Part shown: piece by piece, positions 52,924-62,261 of the stretch
Layout: each line of letters begins with the position of its first letter
Position numbering within the stretch: the stretch's first letter is position 1
NCBI GenBank assembly: GCA_965203295.1
Contig: CBDBCZ010000019.1
Span: 992,001 to 1,056,000, forward strand
Direction of reading: 5' to 3'
Length of the DNA: 64,000 nt
Source: Nitrospirales bacterium
GTDB taxonomy: Bacteria; Nitrospirota; Nitrospiria; Nitrospirales; UBA8639
Translations under genes and position numbers: made by a program
The notes under the pieces: generated by a model
Told to the model about the DNA's origin: nothing
Database searches by the model: none
Seen by the model: the letters and a program-made list of their open reading frames with translations, nothing else

Positions 52924-53012
52924 CCGCAATTTGTACTGAGTCCAGGGTTTCTACACCACCCCATGCTAGAGAGTCGTGGCAAATTGGGGACGGAACATGA
53001 AATCTCGGCTAG
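52924..53012 (+). ncRNA. candidate riboswitch-like structured 5' leader (class unassigned)
   Basis: CAATTTG/CAAATTG closing stem around two sub-stems and a GTTTCTAC junction, immediately after the promoter candidate. Confidence 0.3.
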
Positions 53013-53188
53013 TCTGTCTGCATGCAATTTCGAAACAACGGACTTCGAATAGAATCCTACTCTTTTCAGCCGATAGAACTTCTGAGATCTCGGATAAGCA
53101 GGGTTGGCGGTTTCTTGTCGCTGCCGGGGTAGGACCCATGCTCAGATGAATTGAGATGAAGCTTCTGTTTTAACGAATTGGTGTACAC

Positions 53189-54712
53189 ATGATGAATGTA
53201 GCCTACCTGCGCCTGGAGAACATCACGAAGTCATTTCCAGGGGTGCTCGCCAACTCTGAGATTAACCTTTCTGTTGAAAAAAGCGAGATCCATGCTCTTC
53301 TGGGTGAAAATGGGGCTGGAAAAAGCACGTTGATGAAGATCTTGTACGGGTATTACCAGCCGGATAGCGGCTCCATTTACATTGAGGGCAATCGGGCTAA
53401 TATCCGGACACCAACAGACGCGATACGATGTGGGATAGGAATGATGTTTCAGAATTTCATGCTCATTTCCGCCTTCTCGGTAACTGAAAACATCGCGTTG
53501 GCCTTGCAGCAGCAAGGCCTGATGATCCAGAGCCAGGAGCTGGCAGTCCGGATTCGCGAGACAGCCGCTTTCTATAAGTTGGCCGTCGACCCCGAGGCCA
53601 AAATCTGGGAACTCTCAATTGGTGAACGGCAGCGAGTGGTAATCCTTCGACTTCTCTTAACCGGCTCACGGATCCTGATCTTCGATGAACCAACCAGCTT
53701 ACTCACGCCTCAAGATGTCGAGGGGTTTTTCGAAGTGGTACGTAAGTTATCGAGCGATGGGTACTGTGTTCTTTTTATCACACATAAATTAAAGGAAGTC
53801 ATGGCCCTCGCTGACCGGATCACCGCACTCCGCAAGGGATCAGTGATACGTACTGTTTCACGCCAGGATGTCACAGAAAGCGATCTTGCCTATATGCTGG
53901 TCGGGAAGTCCACGATTGAGTCAATAGAATCAGAACAGCCCCAGGATCCAGTGGGTCGAGATGTAATGCTCGAATTTCACGATGTGTCGGCACCAGGAGA
54001 ACATGGTCACTCAAGTCTTCAAGGGGTCAGCTTCACACTTCGGGAACGGGAGATTCTCGGGGTGGCCGGTGTCGCGGGCAATGGCCAAACCGAGCTGGGC
54101 GAAGTGGTCTTGGGCTTGCGCCCATGCTCTCAAGGTCACATCGTCCTGCATGGACAGGATCTGACCAATAGGTCGACTGCCAAAATTCTGGAAGCTCCCG
54201 TGGCGTATATTCCAGAAGATCCGCTGCAGACCGGGGTTGCGCCGGGATTGACCGTGCTAGAAAACATGGCTCTCCATAATCGTGACTCGCAGAGAGGGTG
54301 GCGAGGGTTGATCATGGATTGGAAAGAAATCCGCACAAAGACCGAACGCAGCATCCAAGCATTTGGATTGGCGCTTCCCAATCTGGATCGTCTGGTGATT
54401 ACGCTCTCTGGAGGAAACCTTCAGCGGCTCGTTTTCATACGAGAACTGGCCTGTCAACCGCGTCTCACGGTGGCGTTTCACCCGACGTTTGGCCTTGATA
54501 TTGCGGCGACAAAAATGGCCCACAAACTCGTCCTGACGAGTCGCCGCAATGGCTCCGCCGTCTTGCTGATCTCAGAAGATCTGGACGAATTGTTTGCCTT
54601 ATCCGACCGTATCCTGGTTATGCACTCGGGGAGGGTAGCCGGCATTGTTGATCCAAAGATCACCCAGCCGTTTGAGATAGGACTCTTAATGACCGGAGGA
54701 GCCAAGAACTGA
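53189..54712 (+). CDS. CUT2/nucleoside-type ABC transporter ATP-binding protein (two fused NBDs)
   Basis: GENGAGKSTL, IFDEPT, FITHKL, LSGGNLQR and ISEDLDEL motifs. Confidence 0.93.
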   Translation: MMNVAYLRLENITKSFPGVLANSEINLSVEKSEIHALLGENGAGKSTLMKILYGYYQPDSGSIYIEGNRANIRTPTDAIRCGIGMMFQNFMLISAFSVTENIALALQQQGLMIQSQELAVRIRETAAFYKLAVDPEAKIWELSIGERQRVVILRLLLTGSRILIFDEPTSLLTPQDVEGFFEVVRKLSSDGYCVLFITHKLKEVMALADRITALRKGSVIRTVSRQDVTESDLAYMLVGKSTIESIESEQPQDPVGRDVMLEFHDVSAPGEHGHSSLQGVSFTLREREILGVAGVAGNGQTELGEVVLGLRPCSQGHIVLHGQDLTNRSTAKILEAPVAYIPEDPLQTGVAPGLTVLENMALHNRDSQRGWRGLIMDWKEIRTKTERSIQAFGLALPNLDRLVITLSGGNLQRLVFIRELACQPRLTVAFHPTFGLDIAATKMAHKLVLTSRRNGSAVLLISEDLDELFALSDRILVMHSGRVAGIVDPKITQPFEIGLLMTGGAKN

Positions 54713-55749
54713 TGGAAGCGCTCGCTCGGATCAGAACCGGTCGGTTGGGGGATATCCTCCGTATGACCGGCATGATGGCCCTGGCTTTCGTTGCAGTCGG
54801 TTTGCTTCTCCTGTCGTTCGGGAAAAACACCATCGAGGCGTATGTCGAGATTTTTAAAGGGTCATTAGGGAGCACGTACGGTCTCAGTGAAGTCGTCGTC
54901 AAAATGATTCCCCTGATGTTGTGCGCGGTTGCCACGGCCATTCCCGCGCGGATGGGCTTACTCAACGTCTGGGCGGAAGGTCAGCTCCATATTGGCGCGA
55001 TGTGGGCCACATGGGGAGCGCTGACCCTGGGAGATTGGCCCAAAGAAGTTCTCTTGCCCACGCTGGTGCTACTGGGGTTTTTGGGTGGTGCGGCCTTTGC
55101 CTTTATTCCAGCTTTTTTCCGAGTCAAGGCTGGGGTCAATGAAACCATCTGCACGCTCTTGCTGAATTATGTGGCCATTCTCATAGTGGAGCACATGGTT
55201 CACGGCTCGTGGAGAGATCCGATGAGCTTTAATTGGCCATTTACCCGAGAGTTCAGCGATGCCGCACGCTTGGCGTTCTATGGGATTACTAGGATCCACT
55301 CGGGTCTCTGGCTAGCGTTAGGCGCAATTGTTATCTTTTACCTTGCGCTGAAACGGACACGGTGGGGCTATGAATTACGGATTATTGGTGACAACGCCGA
55401 AGCCGCGCGGCGTGCCGGCATTCCGATCAACAGGTACATTATTCTGACCTTGTGTATCGGAGGTGGAATTGCCGGTTTGGCGGGGATGGCAGAGGTGTGT
55501 GCGATCCAGGGAAGACTCCGACCCGGCATCTCAACGGGGTTCGGTTATACGGGATTCCTTGTCAGTTGGCTCGCCCTCCATAATCCACTCAAGATTGTCT
55601 TGATGGCGTTCCTCTTAGGCGTCTTGTCGCTCGGGGGAGATATGGTCCAGATCAGTCTTGAGTTACCCTATGCCATCGTCAACATTCTTATGGCCCTGAT
55701 CTTTTTCATCGTGCTGGGTAGGCTGGCGACTGCTCGAAAGGAGAATTAA
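54712..55749 (+). CDS. ABC transporter permease (BMP-associated, subunit 1)
   Basis: N-x-x-x-EGQL, VNETI-x-TLLLNY and GYELR-x-x-G-x-N-x-x-AA-x-x-AGI motifs. Confidence 0.92.
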   Translation: MEALARIRTGRLGDILRMTGMMALAFVAVGLLLLSFGKNTIEAYVEIFKGSLGSTYGLSEVVVKMIPLMLCAVATAIPARMGLLNVWAEGQLHIGAMWATWGALTLGDWPKEVLLPTLVLLGFLGGAAFAFIPAFFRVKAGVNETICTLLLNYVAILIVEHMVHGSWRDPMSFNWPFTREFSDAARLAFYGITRIHSGLWLALGAIVIFYLALKRTRWGYELRIIGDNAEAARRAGIPINRYIILTLCIGGGIAGLAGMAEVCAIQGRLRPGISTGFGYTGFLVSWLALHNPLKIVLMAFLLGVLSLGGDMVQISLELPYAIVNILMALIFFIVLGRLATARKEN

Positions 55750-55753
55750 CGCG

Positions 55754-56669
55754 GTGATTGGAATCGTCGAAAGCATCTTAACTGGTGCCGTTTGGTCCGG
55801 GACTCCGATTCTATATGGCACCCTCGGGGAAATTCTCGTGGAGCGAGCGGGGATCGTGAATCTCGGGGTGGAGGGAAGTATGGTCATGGGGGCCTGTGTC
55901 GCCTTTATCACGACGGCCGAGACCCAGGATCCCGTGCTCGGAGTCATTATGGGAGCGTTGGCTGGGGGGCTCGTTAGTCTCATTCACGCGTTCATGGTGG
56001 TCACGCTCCGTGCCAACCAAATTGCCAGTGGGTTGGCCCTGATGTTTCTCTGTTTAGGGATCACGTCATTTATTGGTCGCCCATACGTCGGCGTTCAGAT
56101 CACGGGCATACAGCCCTTGAATATTCCAGGCCTGTCGGAGATTCCTCTTCTGGGCCGGATCATGTTTGAACATGATGTGTTGGTCTATCTAGCCTACCTG
56201 TCGGCACCTCTGCTGTGGTTGTTTCTGGTTCCACACTCGGTGGGGCCTGTATATCAGGGCCGTCGGGGAAAACAAACTCGTAGCCTTTGCCATGGGCATA
56301 CCGGTGAAGGTTCTTCAGTATGGAGTCATTGGAATCGGCGGGGTATTTTCCGGCCTGGGCGGGGCGCATCTCTCGCTTGCCTATACCCAGAGTTGGGTGG
56401 AAGCCATCACCGCAGGCCGGGGATTTGTGGCTGTGGCTCTGACCATTTTCGCGACGTGGCATCCGTTACGGGGCGTGCTGGGTGCCGTGCTTTTTGGGAC
56501 AGCGTTTACGCTCGGTCTCCAGATTCAGGCCCAGGGGATAAATGTGTCCCCCTATTATCTCCATATGTTGCCGTATGTGTTGACCCTCATCGGCTTGTTA
56601 CTGTGGCAAAAGAGTCGAAAAGGTTCGATGCCAGAAGGGCTGAAATCGGTCTTCAAAGGAGTGGGATAA
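55754..56669 (+). pseudogene. ABC transporter permease (subunit 2) with a +1 frameshift at ~56228
   Basis: ERAGIVNLGVEG, ANQIASGLAL and AGRGFVAVAL motifs; removing one G restores FLFHTRWGLYIRAVGEN. Confidence 0.85.
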
Positions 56670-56695
56670 CATAAGCCAGGAAAGGAGAACACACG

Positions 56696-57796
56696 ATGAA
56701 ACGGAGCCTAATGGGAATATGCGTCATAGTATGCGCAATGGCGATCTGGACATGCGGAGAGGCACCTGAGGAGCCAACCTCTAAGGAGTCAAGCGAAGAA
56801 TTCAAAGTTGGCTTCATCTATGTGGGACCGAAAGACGACTACGGATATAATTATGAGCACGATCAAGGCCGCCTCGAGGTGGAGAAGCAATTTTCGGATC
56901 TCGAGGTGATGACCAGTGAAAACATTCCGGAAACCGCCGAGGTTGAACGGGTCATGGAGCAAATGATTCAAAAGGGTGCCAAGCTCCTGTTTCCTACTTT
57001 AGACTCGGCCATCAACGTCGGGAAACGACATCCAGACGTCGTGCTCATGCATGCGGGTGGGTTTAAGCACTCCACGAATGTCGGTACCTACTGGTCATAC
57101 ATCTATAACGCCATGTTCCTGTCTGGCATGGCCGCTGGAGAAGTCACTAAGAAAAACGTGTTCGGCTTTGTTGCCGCCCATCCGATTCCGCAGACGCTCC
57201 AGAATATCAATGCGTTTACGTTGGGGGCTCGGATGGTCAATCCAAACGTGACAACCCATGTCATTTATACAGGGGAGTGGTGCAATCCGGGAAAGGCATC
57301 AGAAGCGGCAAATGCCCTCCTTGATCTGGGAGCGGATGTGCTCAGTCAGCATCAGGATTGCCCGAGACCCGTGGTGGAAACGGCCGCCAAACGTGGGGCG
57401 TTTTCTGTTGGCTATCACTCGGGAGATCTTCAAAAGTTCAATGAGAAAGGCTGGATCACTGGGGCTGACTGGAAATGGAGTGAATTGTATGTGGAGATCG
57501 TGAAAGATGTGAAGGCAGGGAAGTCAGACAAGTGGATCAGCAGACACCACCGTACCGGGTTGGAAGGAGGATTTTTAGATATCGCGCCCCTTGGGTCTGC
57601 GGTCCCGAAGGAGACGCAAGACAAGGTTATGATGTGGAGGACAAAGATCGTGGATGGGGAGTACGCCGTGTTTCAAGGCCCGATCGAGGATAACACAGGG
57701 AAAGCGCGTCTTGAGGAAGGTCAAAAGCCGAGTTTCGAATTCATTGAAACGATGGATTGGTATGCTGAGGGTGTGGTCGGAGACGTGCCAAGGTAA
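56696..57796 (+). CDS. BMP-family (PnrA-like) ABC substrate-binding protein
   Basis: KVGFIYVGPKDDYGYN, NINAFTLGA and GADVLSQHQD motifs; AAGGAG RBS; signal peptide ending in Cys. Confidence 0.92.
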   Translation: MKRSLMGICVIVCAMAIWTCGEAPEEPTSKESSEEFKVGFIYVGPKDDYGYNYEHDQGRLEVEKQFSDLEVMTSENIPETAEVERVMEQMIQKGAKLLFPTLDSAINVGKRHPDVVLMHAGGFKHSTNVGTYWSYIYNAMFLSGMAAGEVTKKNVFGFVAAHPIPQTLQNINAFTLGARMVNPNVTTHVIYTGEWCNPGKASEAANALLDLGADVLSQHQDCPRPVVETAAKRGAFSVGYHSGDLQKFNEKGWITGADWKWSELYVEIVKDVKAGKSDKWISRHHRTGLEGGFLDIAPLGSAVPKETQDKVMMWRTKIVDGEYAVFQGPIEDNTGKARLEEGQKPSFEFIETMDWYAEGVVGDVPR

Positions 57797-57819
57797 GGGA
57801 AAAGCGAGGAGGTTGCACG

Positions 57820-58312
57820 ATGGGCTTAACCGTAAAGGCAGATCCTTATGAATGGCCCTATGATGGGAACATAGAGCCGAAGCACACCGTACTGATCGTG
57901 ATCGACATGCAGCACGATTTTTGTGGAGGGGGAGGGTATGTTGACAAAATGGGGTATGATCTCTTCCTCACCGTACGGGCGATTGAGCCAATCAAACACG
58001 TTCTTGAAGCGGTCCGAAAAATTTCTGGATTCACAGTCATCCACATGCGTGAAGGACACCGAACGGATTTAGCGGATTGCCCACCAAACAAGCTCTGGCG
58101 GAGCAAAGAAATTGGGGCAGGTATCGGTGATCTTGGACCGAAGGGACGAATCTTGGTCCGCGGAGAACCGGGATGGGACATTATTGAAGAACTACGCCCT
58201 GCTCCAGGCGAGCTGAAAGGCCGCCATTAAAATGATCAAGATGCAAGGAGGGGTATTTGGCTCTGTGTCGAATTCCCAAGACTTCATGAAGGCCGTTCAG
58301 CAGTTGACGTAA
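57820..58312 (+). pseudogene. biuH: biuret hydrolase-like cysteine hydrolase (isochorismatase family) with an internal deletion at 58216/58217
   Basis: ADPYEWPYDG, IDMQHDFCG-x-GGYVD-x-MGYD, REGHR-x-DLAD and GRILVRGEPGWDII, then KAAIKMIKMQGGVFGSVSNS in another frame; DKPGK and GITTDVC segments absent. Confidence 0.85.
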
Positions 58313-58378
58313 TGGGAAAGGGGGCTAGCTCAGGCTAGCTCAACCTGACCCCTATACCAATTATCTCCCACCCCATAG

Positions 58379-58416
58379 GGCCTTTTTCTATGGGCTTTGC
58401 CCTATAGAAAAAGGCC
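58379..58416. terminator. hairpin between convergent biuH and mscL, probably a bidirectional terminator
   Basis: GGCCTTTTTCTAT-GGGC / GCCC-T-ATAGAAAAAGGCC: 17-bp stem with one bulge. Confidence 0.75.
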
Positions 58417-58432
58417 AGTCCATTTTTTTTAT

Positions 58433-58891
58433 TTATGTGGATTTCCTCAGATCAGTGGTGCAGTGTCCACAACGAAGAGCTTTTATGGGAATGGTGGAAA
58501 TACAATGTGGACATTCCTTCGTGGTGGGTTTAGCGGGAGGCGCCTCTTCTTCACGCTTCATTTTGTTTATACCCCTAATGACCATGAAAAGAGCAAAGAC
58601 TACGATAATAAAGCTGATGATATTATTAATGAAAATCCCTTAATTAATCGTGACGGCTCCTGCTGCCTTTGCATCTGCAAGGGAAAGCATAGGGGCAGCC
58701 GCCTGTCCTTCTTTTAAGACGATAAAAAGGTTGGCAAAATCTACATCTCCCAGTAATAAACCGATAGGAGGCATAAGCACGTCGGAAATCAGAGATTTGA
58801 TGATGGTTCCAAATGCCGCACCAATCACAATACCGACAGCCATATCGACCACGTTGCCACGCATGGCAAATTCTTTAAATTCTTTAAACAT
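58433..58891 (-). pseudogene. mscL: large-conductance mechanosensitive channel with a C-terminal zinc ribbon, interrupted by an in-frame TAA at 58640-58642
   Basis: [20 protein letters not shown]...AVTIN*GIFINNIISFIIV...KECPHC...RCGHCT in one 153-codon frame. Confidence 0.92.
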
Positions 58892-59050
58892 CGAAGCCTC
58901 CTTTTAAGTGCAGGGGATGTTCTAATTAGCTGATGAATTAAGTCAAAAATGAATCTGTTCGGCGTCTAAGTATTCTGCAAATGATGAAAACCTATTTTCC
59001 CCATTTGAGAGTTGTAACCTTTGTTTTTTGGTCTAATTTGAACTTTTTAA

Positions 59051-59087
59051 AAAGGCCCCTGAGGCAATCCGTGCCTGAGGGGCTTTT
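59051..59087 (-). terminator. Rho-independent terminator for the gene at 59163-60071
   Basis: AAGGCCCCT-G-AGGCA / TGCCT-G-AGGGGCTTT stem with flanking A/T runs. Confidence 0.7.
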
Positions 59088-59162
59088 CCGTGGCTTCTTT
59101 GACGATTAGATTCCCTCCTCTAGGCGGCGCCATTGAGCCACCAGAATGAAAGAACCAATACG

Positions 59163-60071
59163 CTAGTTTTGAGATTTTCTTTCGGCTTGCTCTAATTTAC
59201 CTTCTTCGAAAAGCTTATCGTAATCCCACAGGAAAAACCAATCATCACTCTTTGCCTTAAAAGAAGATGATGGCTCAGCATCAATCTCTTTAACAGGAAA
59301 TGCTGGCTCCGTGGCCTTAACGGATAGAGGCTTAACACTGTGGGGAGCATTGGTTTCACAAATAACAGATTTCCATACCATCCGACCTGGCGATTTTAAT
59401 ACGGTTCTTTCAACAGTCTGATAGGTAGCAGGGATGGGAATTCTTTTCTCTTGCGCAGGTTTAACCAGCTTTTCAACTTTAACTGTTTTATATTCTGCCG
59501 GCACTTGGATCAGTTTTTTTGTGGCTGGGGTTTTCACGACTGTGGTCGTAATGGTTTTGTATTCAGCCGGGACTTCAATTAAACACATGATTTCTCCAGT
59601 AAAATTATCGACTTTTTCAACCAGCCCTCGGCCTTTCTTCCAGCGGGTATTGGCTGGTTTGACCAGTATTTGTTCTGGAACGGTTTCATGCACGGCAGGA
59701 ATGACTTCTTCACGTTCGTAGGCCTCTCGGACTAAGACTTTTTCTTCAATCCAGGTATATTCTGCTGGAATGATTTCAATTCGTTCAGAGGCTTGCCTGG
59801 CAAGTCTTTTTTCCGTCTCTGTCCCATAAACCGGTGCTTCCCAAACACGTACATAACATTTCCCTGGGACCCCCTGTGGAGGGAGGGATGAATCTCCCGC
59901 AGGGATAACTTCAACGGATGACGAGGGAGATGCCCCTTCTACAGTCGAAAAAGAGGGCCCATCCAGTCGTGGTTGCGGTGGAAGTGATTGGGCTTGGGAT
60001 AATCCATTGATCCCTATGCCCACTAAAAATAAAGTGAAACTAACAGTTAAAGTTTGTGTTGAATACTTCAT
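59163..60071 (-). CDS. exported protein with ~23-aa (I/V)PAEY-x-T repeats
   Basis: Signal peptide; six repeats such as IPAEYTWIEEKVLV, VPAEYKTITTTVV and IPATYQTVERTVL; GAGGAA RBS. Confidence 0.8.
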   Translation of the reverse strand: MKYSTQTLTVSFTLFLVGIGINGLSQAQSLPPQPRLDGPSFSTVEGASPSSSVEVIPAGDSSLPPQGVPGKCYVRVWEAPVYGTETEKRLARQASERIEIIPAEYTWIEEKVLVREAYEREEVIPAVHETVPEQILVKPANTRWKKGRGLVEKVDNFTGEIMCLIEVPAEYKTITTTVVKTPATKKLIQVPAEYKTVKVEKLVKPAQEKRIPIPATYQTVERTVLKSPGRMVWKSVICETNAPHSVKPLSVKATEPAFPVKEIDAEPSSSFKAKSDDWFFLWDYDKLFEEGKLEQAERKSQN

Positions 60072-60251
60072 GTTATTCCTCCTCCGGTTAACCCCCCTGA
60101 AGATGATGGTTCACATGAATGGGCATTCGAAGAAGTTCCCCCCTCAAGGCCCCCTTCAATACCCCAGATCTCATGCTTACGCGTTCTCCAAGGGGTGAAA
60201 ATAAATAAACATCAATAAGGTAATATTCACGAACGTGGTAATTTACTTTTT

Positions 60252-60713
60252 CTATTTTTCGCAAAAACTGCGTTCATACGCGATTACCTTCCAGGCTTCC
60301 TCTTCTGTGATGGCGCTGGGAATTAATGGAACCATCCCAGTTCCTGGGCTCCTGTTTTTGATAACCCAAAATAATTCTCCATCTTTTCGTTTTTTATGAA
60401 ATTTACAATTCGTAAAGTTTCGAGGTCCGGGGTTGAGCACTTTTCCGGCAGCTCCATCACCTTTTCCAGACTTCCCATGGCAATTAAAACATGTGCCTTT
60501 CCCTTCAAAAATTTTTCTCCCTTCCTCCACAATTTTGGCCGAGGCCTTTTTGGAGTTTTTATAAAATGGAGATTTCAGTTTTTTTGCCGCTCCTCGTTGT
60601 TCCTTTGGTACGCGAGGCTTTAACGGATCCCGCTCAGCTCCAGCCAGCACCAGGTTTCCGGAAAGAAAGACCAGCATTGCAACTAGGCAGGTAATTTTGA
60701 ACATGTGCTTCAT
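60252..60713 (-). CDS. periplasmic monoheme cytochrome c, close paralog of 43424-43906
   Basis: Near-identical core GKGTCFNCHGKSGKGDG...FTNCKFHKKRKDGELFW...PGTGMVPLIPSAITEEEAWKVIAYERSFC; ATG at 60713 or GTG at 60719. Confidence 0.93.
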   Translation of the reverse strand: MKHMFKITCLVAMLVFLSGNLVLAGAERDPLKPRVPKEQRGAAKKLKSPFYKNSKKASAKIVEEGRKIFEGKGTCFNCHGKSGKGDGAAGKVLNPGPRNFTNCKFHKKRKDGELFWVIKNRSPGTGMVPLIPSAITEEEAWKVIAYERSFCEK

Positions 60714-61249
60714 TTCCACTTCCTCTTTGGAACGTTTTAGACAAAGCGCTTACAGGTTTAGCATGAGTAAATGCAGTGCCATAAATATGAACCAAGTAAT
60801 TATCGATATCCGTCAATGACTTAGAAATAAACTGGTAAGGAGTTCCTGGAAATTCAAGGAAACTTTTGTTCACTTGAATGTTTCAAAGGTCGGTTTGGTT
60901 GTGTCAGATGATACAAACTGAAACACACAACAAAAGAAAGGGGTCATTAAGATAGACTTAACATGGTATTGAATATAGAAATATCAAACTGAATATTTTG
61001 AAGAGCAGTTTGTCGAAGGGAGGAATTGGGTTTGTTTTAAAAAAAGATAAATGTGGGGGAAAGGAGAGTTTCTAAATTTTGATTTCCTGCCAAAGTTTTC
61101 TAAAGGAGAGAGAATCCATGGTGAAGGCCAACAAAGTAATAATTGAGAGACGGGAAGCGATAGCAATAAACCCACTGCGAATATTTAGGGGATAGTGGTA
61201 GCCGATTTTTACAAAGTACTGTCATCGAGTTTTCTAAGATAAACACTTT

Positions 61250-61866
61250 TTACCGAGATTGAAATTCTATGACTCCAAAATAACTTTCAGCCTGAGATCG
61301 TGTATGGTCTGAGTCAATCATCAGTGAGATTCCCCCAACCTGGGGTGGATCTTCACCAAAGATCTCCCTGTAATCCTGCAAGACATTCCTATTTTCATTT
61401 AACCATTGACCCAAATGATTATTTCCCCCTCGTACGACGACATAATGAACTTGTCCATTATTACGGCTTTGTAGGATGGATCCGATGGGCACTGCATTTT
61501 CCCATATATACCCGATCACATGGCTGTTGAGGAATGCTGGGAACCTAGGGAAAATGACATATTTAGGATGGGATGCTGTGCCAGATCAAAATTTAATTCC
61601 TTGTAAATTGAAAAGCTAGCTTCACGGCTCCGTAAATGGAGAACTTTTTTCCGGTTTTCTTCAATAAGAGCAAAGTCTGAAGAGCCTTCCCAGATTTTGA
61701 CAGTCCAGTCTTGGTTTAAATGATGCAAGTTTGGTTGTTTGGAATCTTTGGAAAAGGTACTTATGAGAATAGTGTGCTGGTGCGCTTCTCCTGTGGAGAT
61801 GGAGAACGTCCCCAGAAAAAGGATCATAAGGCAGAATACGACCCGCTCGAATACACTCCTTTTCAT
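61250..61866 (-). pseudogene. DUF3047-family exported protein with an internal deletion/frameshift at ~61561
   Basis: Signal peptide...QHPILN, then in another frame YVIFPRFP...IGYIWEN...GQWLNENRNVLQDYREIFGEDPP...MIDSDHT. Confidence 0.75.
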
Positions 61867-62261
61867 AGCTCGATCCTCCCATGAGTTATCTAGGCTCATC
61901 GAAAACAGAGAACTGATTCTCCAGTTATCTGTACAATGTTGGTGCCAAAATTTGATCTTGAAAAAATTTCTTTAAATTCATGCAGTTAGTCAATTTTGAC
62001 ATCTGAGGCTGTGGCATTCCTGCGTTATCTGACACACCTCGCGTGTCTCATTATTGTGCCAGGTGATACGGGCAGGATATCGACAGGGGCCTTACAATAA
62101 TCTTTCAATTATTTTCGGATGGAATTGGGATCTCACAATCAGGGAATGGTTTTTTGGGTTGAGCTCATCCTATACTGAATCTGAAGAGGTTAGGATTTTG
62201 AATTTGGACCTGAGTAACTTAAGAGAATGTTTAGAAGGTTTGCCGAAAAGGCCGTTAGAGA

